Source: Octopus bimaculoides (Eukaryota). Taken from it: a stretch of 43,387 nucleotides of DNA. The stretch spans positions 46,848,651 to 46,892,037 of the forward strand of contig NC_068996.1 in the NCBI RefSeq assembly GCF_001194135.2, written 5' to 3'. A program made the translations under genes and the position numbers. Numbering within the stretch: position 1 is the first letter of the stretch; each line of letters opens with the position of its first letter. The notes below the pieces were generated by a model, which was given only the letters and a program-made list of their open reading frames with translations, did no database searches and had not been told where the DNA came from. Below, piece after piece: positions 23,721 through 34,649 of this stretch.

Positions 23721-24039
23721 CTTTTTTGAGCAACAGGATGAAATCTTCTTCTCCAGTGGGATCCAAGCACAGCAACATCAAGAAAAGAAGTGTGTGGACC
23801 TCAAGAGAAATATGCTGAAAAATGAATCCTGTCACCCTAATAAAATCCCTTACACACACACACACAAACACACATACACACATTGGCAAATACAACACAG
23901 TGTAAGAAATATACTTTTATAGAGAACTAGCTTAAAAGTCTTCATACCGTGTAAATTCTAAGCTAGCTCCTACAGAGGACTCATTGGGCTTGTGGCCCAA
24001 AACTAAAGAGAGCAATGATAATAAAGCATTTATTGGTAA

Positions 24040-24410
24040 CCTACCAATATGGCATATTGGTAGGGCATTACGCTACCAATATGGTATTACCCTACCAATA
24101 TGGCATTACCCTACCAATAGGTCAGTACCCTACCAATATGGTATTACCCTACCAATATGGCATTGCCCTACCAATATGGCATTACCCTACCAATATGGTA
24201 TTACCCTATCAATATGGTGTTACCCTACCAATATCGCATTACCCTACCAATATGGCATATTAGCAGGGCATTACGCTACCAATATGGCATTACCCTACCG
24301 ATATGGCATTGCCCTACCAATATGGTATTCCCCTATCAATATGTTATTACCCTACCAATATGGCATTACTTTAAATTCAGTTTAGATTAAAAACTTGTAA
24401 GTTCACAAAT
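24040..24410 (+). repeat. Right arm: ~17 x 19-bp minisatellite + ~49-bp terminal sequence, inverted relative to 22397-22630
   Basis: Unit taccctaccaatatggcat. Terminal ggcattactttaaattcagtttagattaaaaacttgtaagttcacaaat. Confidence 0.9.
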
Positions 24411-24448
24411 TTTGCAGTTCTTTTACGATTTGAATAGAAGCTATATAT

Positions 24449-24499
<51 letters not shown>

Positions 24500-24564
24500 N
24501 NNNNNNNNNNNNNNNNNNNNNNNATATATATAGAGAGATATATATATATATATAGATATATATA

Positions 24565-24780
24565 TATTGTGGTTTTGTGTCTGTTTGTTCCCCACACAAC
24601 CTGATAACTGGTGTTGCAGTGTTTACCTTCATGTAACTTAGTGGTTCAGTAAAAGAAACGAATAAAAAAGTACTAGGCACAAAGCAGAAAGAACTAAGGT
24701 TGATTTCTTTGACTAAAATTCTTCAAGACAGTGCCCCAGCATGGCCACATACTAATGACTGAAAAAAAATAAAAGAAACT
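24565..24780 (+). mobile_element. SINE family B 3' half, decayed
   Basis: gtgtctgtttgttcccc...aagtactagg...ccagcatggcc...aatgactgaaa. Confidence 0.7.
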
Positions 24781-25624
24781 TAAAGCTATGGGAGGTAAGT
24801 TTTGTACCTGTTACGGTCACTTTACCTGCTAGAAATAGCAACCCAAATGCTTTTAGATCAGATTCCAATGCTGCATGTTCAAGAACCAAATGGCAGGCAG
24901 ATTTTCAATTCAAGGATCATCCTGATTCCAAAAAGGTATAATATGTCTATGTAGACCAAATGTAGACTGAGATATAGGGGTATTGCTTTTATTTGTATAG
25001 CTGAGAAAGTTTATAATAAGGAAATGAAAGAGATAAACAAATGAGATCTTTTCTATTGCTGTCACAAAGTTTGAAATTTAAAAATCAAGTAAGAAATTTT
25101 AAAATTTGGTATATCAATGCACCTTTGCATGCTGAAGCCAAATTTGTGATTCCATTATTCTTGAAAAAATATTAGTAAAACGTTAGAGAGGTCTAAAGTT
25201 TGATCATTTTTACCCAATCAGAAAGCAGGATTTGGAAGCTAAGTATTGTGTAAAAGATAAACTGTATATCATAAAATGAAAGTAAACATTAGAAGATGAG
25301 GCTTTAAACAAAATGAAAGCAATGCCTTACAGTTGATACATATACAAAGGGAGTGAGTGTCAAAGAGTATGGTAAATATATATAGAGAGAAATAGATAGA
25401 AGTGTGGGTGCTAGGGTGTGTAGAGTAGGAAGAAGGAGTGAGTGTGTGGGGAGTAGAAAGAAAGGGTGTGTGTGTGTATGTGAGTTTGCATTGGTGTAAT
25501 TATGTGCTGTTTGAATGTAAATGGTATGGACGGTGTTGGTTAATAAGTTATATAGTGTAGAGTAATTGTGTTGGGGGTAGGAAAGTAAGATGTGTGTGGT
25601 GCTTGTAAATATGTGTGGAGGAGG

Positions 25625-26070
25625 AGTTTGAATGAAAAGGGATGGAAAATTTAGACCAGGAGTGACAAGTATGGAGAGAAAATTAATTTCTTTTCCAGAT
25701 GGAGGTGGAAGTCCAAGTGACTCCTGTGTAAAGCCAGGCCAAACACAAACAGATTTTGCAAGGAATGACCAATCTAGTGGAAATGGTATGAGACAAAGGT
25801 GTCGCTGCCAAGTCTGATGTCCTGATGGTGTTTTGCAAAATGATCAGCTAGGCACTGGCCAGTTTGTCCAATGTACATGGAGTGTTAAAGAGTGCAAATA
25901 ATGCAGTAAATCAAATTACAAGAAGTGCAAGTTAATGAGTCAGTAATTTGGTGGAGGTAGTTATGAATATTTGTAGGGACAGTGGTGTTGAAGAGGGAAG
26001 AACAGGTGTGGCACCATGGACATGAGCAAAGGAAGGTGCCAGGAGGTGGAGAAGCTACAAACCACTGTGT
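25625..26070 (-). pseudogene. Penelope-like element, GIY-YIG endonuclease remnant
   Basis: Minus frame reads PGTFLCSCPWCHTC...LTCTSCNLIYCIICTL*HSMYIGQTGQCLADHFAKH...HFH*IGHS...LEKKLIF...(frameshift)PGLN. Confidence 0.85.
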
Positions 26071-26370
26071 CTTCTGTTATAATCCTGGGCTGGTTAAAGT
26101 GATGGGAGTAAATTTGGGGGAAGGAAACTGAAAGAAGCCTGTCATATATGTGTGTTTGTGTGTATTATATCTACGTGTGTGTGTTTGTCAAGTGGTGCCC
26201 CTCCCCTACTTGACAGACAACCAGTGCTGGTTTGTTTAAATCACCGATCTTAGCAGTTCAACAAAAGAGATCAAGAGAAAAATATCTGGCATCAATTTGT
26301 TCCACTAAACCCTTCAAGTTGGTGCCCCAGCATGGTCGCAATCCAAAAACTGAAACAAGTTAAGAATGAA
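26070..26370 (+). mobile_element. SINE family B, decayed
   Basis: ggaaactgaaagaagcctgtc...ccccagcatggtcgcaatccaaaaactgaaacaag. Confidence 0.65.
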
Positions 26371-26863
26371 ATCTATTAAATTTTAGGCAAACTGTTAAAA
26401 TCAAATAAGAAAAAGAAAGAAAAAAATTTCAGTTATTTTACATTTCCTCAAATGAAATGCTGACAGAAATCAATATCATATAGATATCAACTGACATTCA
26501 GATTCAATCTGCTTTTGTCATCATCGTGCTGTCGTCATTGCTATCTTTGGCATCACCATCTTTACCATTATCATTGCTGCCATTGTTAAAAGCATGATCA
26601 GAAAAGAGGTGCTATTCAATGTTTTCAAAAGTCATTAAGAACAATAATCTTCAATCAGTTTAATCAGAATAAATTCATTATGAGTCATTATGTAATTTTA
26701 ATTATCTAAACAATTATTATAGTTTAATGTGTTCAGAAGTTTTATTTTTTATTCAAAGTAATATGCTTTGCTTTAGAAGATCACATTAATGAAAGAAATT
26801 CATCAATAGACAAGATGATGATGATGATGATGTTGAGGATGATCATGATATATATACATATAT

Positions 26864-27491
26864 NNNNNNNNNNNNNNNNNNNNNNNNNNNNNNNNNNNNN
26901 NNNNNNNNNNNNNNNNNNNNNNNNNNNNNNNNNNNNNNNNNNNNNNNNNNNNNNNNNNNNNNNNNNNNNNNNNNNNNNNNNNNNNNNNNNNNNNNNNNNN
27001 NNNNNNNNNNNNNNNNNNNNNNNNNNNNNNNNNNNNNNNNNNNNNNNNNNNNNNNNNNNNNNNNNNNNNNNNNNNNNNNNNNNNNNNNNNNNNNNNNNNN
27101 NNNNNNNNNNNNNNNNNNNNNNNNNNNNNNNNNNNNNNNNNNNNNNNNNNNNNNNNNNNNNNNNNNNNNNNNNNNNNNNNNNNNNNNNNNNNNNNNNNNN
27201 NNNNNNNNNNNNNNNNNNNNNNNNNNNNNNNNNNNNNNNNNNNNNNNNNNNNNNNNNNNNNNNNNNNNNNNNNNNNNNNNNNNNNNNNNNNNNNNNNNNN
27301 NNNNNNNNNNNNNNNNNNNNNNNNNNNNNNNNNNNNNNNNNNNNNNNNNNNNNNNNNNNNNNNNNNNNNNNNNNNNNNNNNNNNNNNNNNNNNNNNNNNN
27401 NNNNNNNNNNNNNNNNNNNNNNNNNNNNNNNNNNNNNNNNNNNNNNNNNNNNNNNNNNNNNNNNNNNNNNNNNNNNNNNNNNNNNNNNNNN
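26864..27491. other. Assembly gap (other large gaps at 28741-28999 and 34650-35385)
   Basis: N runs. Confidence 1.
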
Positions 27492-27494
27492 ATA

Positions 27495-27795
27495 TATACG
27501 ATGGGCTTCTTTCAGTTTCTGTCTACCAAATCCACTCACAAGGCTTTGGTCGGCCCAAGGCTATAGTAGAAGACACTTGCCCAAGGTGCCATGCAGTGGG
27601 ACTGAACCTGGAACCATGTGGTTGGTGTAAGCAAGCTACTTACCACACAGCCACTCCTGTAGGGACAGTAGTGTTGAAGAGGGAAGAACAGGTATGGCAC
27701 CACGGACATGAGCAAAGGAAGGTGTCAGATTGAGTGCCAGGAAGTGGGGAAGCTACAAACCACTGTGCAGTACTTTGGACAAGTGTCTTCTGTTA
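27495..27795. mobile_element. SINE B 5' half (minus, ~27495-27657) + duplicated Penelope/SINE junction fragment (~27658-27795)
   Basis: agggacagtagtgttgaagagggaagaacagg...aagctacaaaccactgtg repeats ~25976-26085. Confidence 0.8.
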
Positions 27796-29959
27796 TATAT
27801 GTAGTTAGAAAATCTCTGTAAGAGATGAAAGTAGTGACTATACTGAGAAGTAATGATTATCATCACTTCAACATGGCTGTTCTGAAGGAACTGATGTTAC
27901 TACCATTTCAACCGCAGAAAGATGACTTCTCCAGCTGGTTATTTGATGCAATTGGCACCCAATATATATTGCAAGCAGGGAAGTGAACCCCTACCATCTT
28001 CCATTGACAGAACTCCCAGACAGTATGGTTTCAAGCTCATCCACAGTGGTGGGTACCTGTCCACTAGATATAGCAGAAGTGACATATATAGGTAAATGAT
28101 AGGCTTGCCTCAATCCTTCATGGGTAGTCTGAAGCATCCAAGCAACCAGGGGATGTTTAAATCCGGAGGCACTCCTGAGAATCACCTGTGCGGGTACCGT
28201 CTTGGTTAGAGGGCATCCAGAGGCAGGTAATTTATTGTTTAAACCATAGTTTATAATTATATTTATGTGGAGAATGGAGCAACAAATACAAGAAGAAGCA
28301 ATTCTGTTGGGCTAGTTAGCCGTTGTTTTATTATGTGGAGGTTATGTAATGTAGAGGTTGAAGTTATGCAATGAGTCATTGTGGGGGTTATGTAATAGTC
28401 ATTTACGCACGTTTCAATCTGGCCAATGGTTTGGCAGATCTCTTCAGAATGTTGAGGAGTATGTTAAGAGTTCATGGTGTGAGACCTGTAGGAGAAGTGA
28501 TTAGTGGATATATTAATGTATATGGTGGTATAATAATAGCGATAGGTAAAGAAAGCCTTACGTTTTAGTTGAAGTTGTGTTGGTCTTCCTGTAAGGGGAT
28601 GTAGGATGGGTGCTAATTAAGCTCATTATTCCGATTTTAATCAAATGCATCTCCACGTGATTTTATGATTGAGGGATGCGTCGTATAACTAGCCCAACAG
28701 AATTGCTTCTTCTTGTATTTGTTGCTCCATTCTCCACATANNNNNNNNNNNNNNNNNNNNNNNNNNNNNNNNNNNNNNNNNNNNNNNNNNNNNNNNNNNN
28801 NNNNNNNNNNNNNNNNNNNNNNNNNNNNNNNNNNNNNNNNNNNNNNNNNNNNNNNNNNNNNNNNNNNNNNNNNNNNNNNNNNNNNNNNNNNNNNNNNNNN
28901 NNNNNNNNNNNNNNNNNNNNNNNNNNNNNNNNNNNNNNNNNNNNNNNNNNNNNNNNNNNNNNNNNNNNNNNNNNNNNNNNNNNNNNNNNNNNNNNNNNNA
29001 TATATAAAGTAAGTGATATATATTGCAACATGTGGCTATTCTAGAACATGTATTGAAGGGTTTTGGTTGAATGAATTGACCACAATGCTTTGATTTTTTT
29101 TTTTAGGTCTTGTACTTATTCTATCACTCTTTTACGCTGAACTGTAAAGTTACAGGGTATGTAAACAAAGCAACACTGGTTATCAAATATTTATCAAACA
29201 CAAAGACACACGATTATAGATATATGCATACACACACACGCATGCACGCACACACACACATAAGTATATGCTATGATGGGCTTTTTCAATTTCTGTCTAC
29301 CATAATGTATATGCACACACACACACAAATATACACAAAGATAAATACATACATACACACATGCATTCATTAATACATACATACATACATACATACAAAA
29401 ATACCCTGTTGTTGATGTTGAAATTCTAATGAAGGAGCCTTGGATCTTGGTTAGAAACCAATTCTTTCTGTATTGGCAAGAAATCTTGAAATAAACTGAA
29501 TAATAACATACATACATACATACAAATGGAAAGACTTTCTGAAAAACCCAAAACAATTGGCACTTCCTTTTTCTCTTGACATTTTTACATTTTATCATTA
29601 ATTTTTTGTCTTCCATGCCGAAAATTTCACAGATATATCAAAAACAGTAGACTTTGTTACCATTCTGTTTTATGTTTTCTTCCTTTCTTTTTTGCCTTAA
29701 CTTCCCTTATCTTTTGGTTAATAATGTCTCATCTCCTAAAATTTGGTAAATTATTTATAAAGACATTGATAATAGAACTTCAAAACAGTCTGACTATGAA
29801 TGGCATTAAATTGCTATAAACATAGTACATGAAAGGATTTCATTTCATACGCCACATGAAAATAAATATTCATATTATATTCTTTGTTTGCATTGATATT
29901 TTAGAAAAGTTCCTTTTTTACCCTCAGCCATTATACCCGTTCTTAGCAGAAATGATTGT

Positions 29960-30280
29960 TCTTTTGCTGGTGCATTTTTTTGCCATAAGAAGCACCCTTG
30001 ACAGTGCCATGTAAAAAAAGCAGCTGTGCCGGTGTTATGGTATAAAGTATGTAAAAAAGCTTGTGTCGGCACCATGTAAAAAAGTTCCCTTGCTGGTGCC
30101 ACATAAAATGCACCCAGTACACTCTGTAGAGTGACTGGCATTAGGAGACATCCAGCTATAGAAACCAAGCCAAAACAGACAATTGGAGTCTGGTGCAGCT
30201 CTCAGGCTTGCCTGCTCCAGTCAAACTGTCCAACCCATACCAGCATGGAAAATGGACATTAAGTGATGATGACGATGATG
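29960..30280 (+). mobile_element. RTE tail copy, decayed
   Basis: Repeat units, then attaggagacatccagctatagaaacc...ccagcatggaaaatggacattaagt(gat)n. Confidence 0.75.
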
Positions 30281-30349
30281 GCATTAAATTGCTATAAACA
30301 TAGTAGATGAAAGGATATCATTCCATATGCCACATTAAAATAGATATAT

Positions 30350-31030
30350 TAAATGGGCCAGTAATGCTGCACTGGCATAGGCCACAGCTACAGTCTCACT
30401 TGGCTTGTTGGGTCTTCTCAAGCACAGCATATCTCCAAAGGTTCCGGTCAGAAGTCATTGCCTCGGTAAGGCCCAATGTCTGAAGGTCGTGCTTCACCAC
30501 CTCATCCCAGGTCTTCCTGGGTCTACCTCTTCCACAGGTTCCCTCAACTGCTAGGGTGTGACACTTTTTCACACAGCTGTCCTCATCCATTCTCGCCACA
30601 TGACCATGCCAGCGCAATCGTCTCTCTTGCACACCACAACTGATGCTTCATAAGTTCAACTTTTCTCTCAAGGTACTAATACTCTGTCTAGTATGCACAC
30701 TGATATTACACATCCATCGGAGCATACTGGCTTCATTCCTTGCAAGCTTATGCATGTCCTCAGCAGTCACAGCCCATGTTTCATTGCCATGTAGCATGGT
30801 TGTTTGCACACGTGTCATACAGTCTATCTTTCACTCTGAGCAAGAGGCCCTTTGTCACCAGCAGAGGTAAGCTCCCTCTGAACTTTGCCCAGGCTATTCT
30901 TATTCTACCAGCTGCGCTCTCAGAACATTCACCCCCCACTACAGACTTGGTTACCTAGGTAATGGAAGCTATCAATTACTTCTAGTTCCTCCCACTAGCA
31001 TGTGATGGAATCTGCTTTCTGTACATTTTC
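30350..31030 (-). mobile_element. RTE-clade LINE, ORF C-terminal fragment
   Basis: LEVIDSFHYLG, RIRIAWAKF, MLHGNETWAV, LRWHGHVARMDEDSCVKKC and GRGRPRKTW motifs, with frameshifts. Confidence 0.9.
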
Positions 31031-31215
31031 AGTGTGATGCAGTGGTGTCCAGTTATGTAATCGGTATAGCTTTCAATCCCCAAACTGCATGCTAGCTCTT
31101 CTGAGACCTTCCAAATGTATGTATGTGTGTGTGTGTTAATTGATTAATTCTTATATATATATATCGTCTGTAAACAAATCCGAAAAAAGAAGCACACTCT
31201 AAGTTATAGAACAGT

Positions 31216-31498
31216 ACATATTAAAGTTAGATAAAGCCGGTTTATGGAGTTACCTTAGGTTTCACGTCCATAAAGGGCTTAGCTTTCTGGCGTATCAGCA
31301 GATCCCAAAACCCGTTGGCTTAAGGCCTTTCTAAAAAATAGAGGAGGAAAGTAACGGGGTCCTTCCTCCTCCATATTCCACAGAGGCTACTCGCTAAAGA
31401 GGCCTTCGGGATCTGATGACACGCCATAAAGCTAAACCCTTTATGGACGTGAAACTTAAGGTAATTCCATAAACCGACCTTATCTAACTTTAATATGT
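31216..31498. mobile_element. Foldback MITE with 91-bp TIRs
   Basis: Arms 31216-31306 and 31408-31498 differ at 8 of 91 positions. Confidence 0.85.
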
Positions 31499-31499
31499 G

Positions 31500-32800
31500 T
31501 GTGTGTTTAGGTATGCATAAGTCAACGTCGGTCGTCTTGAGTTAGGTGATTTTCGTGTTATTTTTATTAAAAAGAAATTAATGAAACAACAAAAGTCGAT
31601 TTAACAGACTTTACACGGGTCACAACAAACACGTTTAAAAGAATAAAAAAATAAAAAGGAAAACACCAAAATAGCCAACACTAAAGTAGAATATCAAAAG
31701 TACTTGAGAAAATACGAACAAACCATTTATTAAAACAGATATAAGCTAATATATATAGTTTTTAACATATATTTTCGTGTTACATGTTTTTCGAGTTGTC
31801 GCATGTCCAGGAACCAATTAGCGACATACGTTGAAGTAAACCTGTATATCACTGCTTATATTTTGCGTCTTCTCTCCTAGCAAGTAGAAAGTCAGGTCTT
31901 TTAATGTCTAGCTCATCTCAATGAATGAATGAAAACGAAACTAGAGCTTTAACTGTTGAAGGTTAAATATTCACAACATAACCGTCAGAGTTATCTCCCT
32001 CTACAGTGTTAACACAACAAACTCAATTAAATGATGCTTTCGGCACTGAATTTTACCGGACTTCTTAGAGAAGTTCGTTATGTTTATGGACTTTCCAGGT
32101 GTAAAATATACCAAAAATTAAATATAAGGTCAGTGAAATATCAAATTAATTTTAGCGACTAATACCATAAATATTTAATTTTAAAATAATAATAATTCTT
32201 TCAAATTTTGATACAAGGCTAACTGTTTTAAGGTTAGGGTGGAAATTAATTACATCGGTCCTCAGTACTTCACTGGTACTTTATTGTTATCGACCCCGAA
32301 AGGATGAAAGGCAAAGCGACCTCGGCGGAATTTGAACTCAGAACACGAAGACTAATAATTATAATAATGTTATTTATTTTAAAAATGAACCACGTTACAT
32401 TACCGGTTCGGTAACAACGGAAATATTTGCAACTACATTTCTTGAATTTCGTTTCTTACGTTCTTTCTCTTGTTTGTTGAATTAAATAGAAGTGAGATCG
32501 ATGGTGTTCATGCCCTTCTCGAAATTATTAAAGATCGTATGGAAGGAACTTTGTCGGTGTGGAATAGCGAGGTGGGGGGGGGATATATTATTTTCTACTT
32601 AGATATATGAAACGAAATTTAAGAAATGTTGTTGCAAGTATTCCCGTTGTTAAGGAATCGGTTAAAGGATAGGAATAGGACGGGATTCTGTGGTATTTAT
32701 GTCATTCTGCAAAGGAGAAAAAATGTAAGAGAAATAATTATAATCAGAAATCGAAGCCGATCAATTGCAACGGCACATGGCTCAATGTCACACCAAGAAC
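31500..32800. promoter_or_regulatory. Second CpG-retaining, promoter-like zone
   Basis: CpG-rich relative to flanks and carries cagagttatctccct (~31987-32001). No gene assigned. Confidence 0.3.
32255..32350 (-). mobile_element. SINE family A fragment
   Basis: atcgaccccgaaaggatgaaaggcaaagcgacctcggcggaatttgaactcagaac. Confidence 0.8.
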
Positions 32801-32969
32801 AGTAACTCAGTAAACAAGCCAACACGGTAGGGCTTTTTATGTGGTCACTCAGTCTGCTAGAAACAGCAGCCAAGCCCTTTTTGTTCAAATCATACCCTAC
32901 CTCGGTGGTTCTCAACTTACTTTGTCACAGAAGGAACCTTCATATAATCTGACAGAAATCGTGGAGCTC

Positions 32970-33380
32970 ATATCTTTTGTCCTTTACTTGTTTCAGTCAT
33001 TAGAATGCGGCCATGCTGGGGCACCGCCTTGGAAAATTTATTTTTAATCGAATGAATTAACTCCAGTACTTGCTTTTTTTTTTAAAAGCCTATTACTTAT
33101 TCTATCGATCATCAGAACCGCTAAGTTAAAGGGACGTAAACACCTCAGCACTGGTTGTCAAACTGAAGTGGACAGACAGACACAAAGATATACACATGTA
33201 GAAACACACACACACAAGCGCACACACATACGACAGGCTTCTTTCAGTTTTCGCCTACCAAATCCACTCAGAAGGTTTTGGTCAGTCCGAGGCCATAGTA
33301 GAAGATACTTGTCCAAAGTGCCGCACAGTGGGACTATACTCGGAACCGTGTGGTTAGGAAGCAAGCTTCTTACTACATAA
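32970..33380 (-). mobile_element. SINE family B
   Basis: Tail, internal (CA)n and head in reverse orientation. Confidence 0.8.
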
Positions 33381-33524
33381 ATCTTGTCACCCAATTTTAA
33401 ATAAAATACTAAATAAGAATTTATAAGTCTGTTGTGTGTGTGTGTGTGTGTATTTCTGTCTGTCTGTCTGTCTGTATGTATTGTATGTATGTATGTATGT
33501 GTGTATGTATGTATGTATGTATGT

Positions 33525-33857
33525 CAATGCAGTTGTCGATAGATATCTTCTTTTTCTTTGATTTTCAAAGAGATATTTATATCTGCAGGTAGCGACATCT
33601 ATGATGGTACATACCTTTGCCCCTCTGTCCCAAACAACAATATCTGGCCTGTAATGTTTACATTTGACAGAAGTTTTGATGGGAATACTCCCCCAGTATT
33701 CCTTGAGTTGATGTGTGAGAATGTATTCCATAACACAGGGATTTTCTAAGTTTATTTCAGAACAGTCTTTCTTGCGGATGGCATTGTAAATTGTTTTAGC
33801 GACAACATTGTGCCGCATAAGGAGGTAGTACCGTGATGACATTTTAGGACAGCTGCT
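33525..33857 (-). pseudogene. RLE-type non-LTR retrotransposon (R4/Dong-like) restriction-like endonuclease fragment
   Basis: CPKMSSRYYLLMRHNVVAK...RPDIVVWD...IIDVA-(frameshift)-PADINISLKIKEKEDIYRQL gives RHN and PD..D..K motifs. Flanked by (CATA)n on both sides. Confidence 0.85.
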
Positions 33858-33934
33858 ATGTATGTATGTATGCATGCATAGGCCAATAGAAAAAGAACTG
33901 GTTTCTAACCTAGATCTAGGTTTCTAACCTTAAT

Positions 33935-34400
33935 CGTTGGCAACGAATACAGTCAAGAATTCCGGGTAGGAGTAGGGGTCCACCAAGGATCAGAACTCAG
34001 CTCCTTCTTATTCATCGTAATCCTCCAAGCAATAACAGAGGAATTCAAGACAGGATGCCCCTGGGAGCTCCTCTATGCTGATGACCTTGCTCTAATAGCT
34101 GAGTCACTATCAGAGCTAGAGGAGAAGTTTCAGGTGTGGAAGCAAGGTCTAGAATCGAAGGGCCTTCGAGTCAATCTAGCAAAAACCATAGTCTTAATAA
34201 GTAGGAAGGCAGACAAATCACAAATCCCTTCAGGTAGATGGCATATATCCAACACACTTTGTAAGGTGGTTGGCATTTGGAGGGTATCCTGCCTTAGAAA
34301 CCATGCCAAATCAGACTGGTGCAGACCCCTAGATTGCCAGCTCTGAGCACACCATCCAACACATGCCAGCAAGGACAATGGACGTTATATGATGATGATA
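33935..34400 (+). mobile_element. Internally deleted RTE copy: RT core (~33935-34240) fused to the 3' tail
   Basis: GNEYSQEFRVGVGVHQGSELSSFLF...PWELLYADDLALIAES...KGLRVNLAKT, then tail sequence and (gat)n. Confidence 0.9.
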
Positions 34401-34444
34401 TGTATGTATGTATGTATGTATGCATGTATGTATGTTATTTTTTA

Positions 34445-34649
34445 ATTTTATTTGTTTCAGTCATTTGACTGTGGCCATGCTGAAGCACCACATTTAGTCG
34501 AACAAATTGACCCAAGAACTTCTTCTTTGTAAGCCTAGTACTTATTCTATCAGTTCTTTTGCTGGACCGCTAAGTTATGGGGACATAAACACACCAGCAA
34601 CAGTTGTCAAGTGATGTTGGGGAGACAAACACAGATACACAAACATATA
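34445..34649 (-). mobile_element. SINE family B 3' half, ending at a gap
   Basis: tttgtttcagtcatttgactgtggccatgctg...ttgtaagcctagtacttattctatc. Confidence 0.85.

Noticed and set aside
22285-24390. ORFs with repeated YQYGITLP/ALPIWHYPTNM peptides
   Set aside because: These are translations of the 19-bp minisatellite, whose unit is not a multiple of 3.
25806-25830. TCC TGA TG antizyme-like frameshift motif
   Set aside because: It lies on the antisense strand of a Penelope remnant, with no antizyme ORF context.
20370-28091. Chain of plus-strand exon candidates (~20370-20385, ~24856-24939, 27918-28091) with compatible phases
   Set aside because: No recognisable protein motif, and such splice-like sites are expected by chance. 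Not supportable without RNA data.
28264-28740. Perfect 55-bp inverted repeat (28264-28318 / 28686-28740)
   Set aside because: The right arm ends exactly at an N gap, so a read chimera or assembly artefact is likely. Revisit with long reads.
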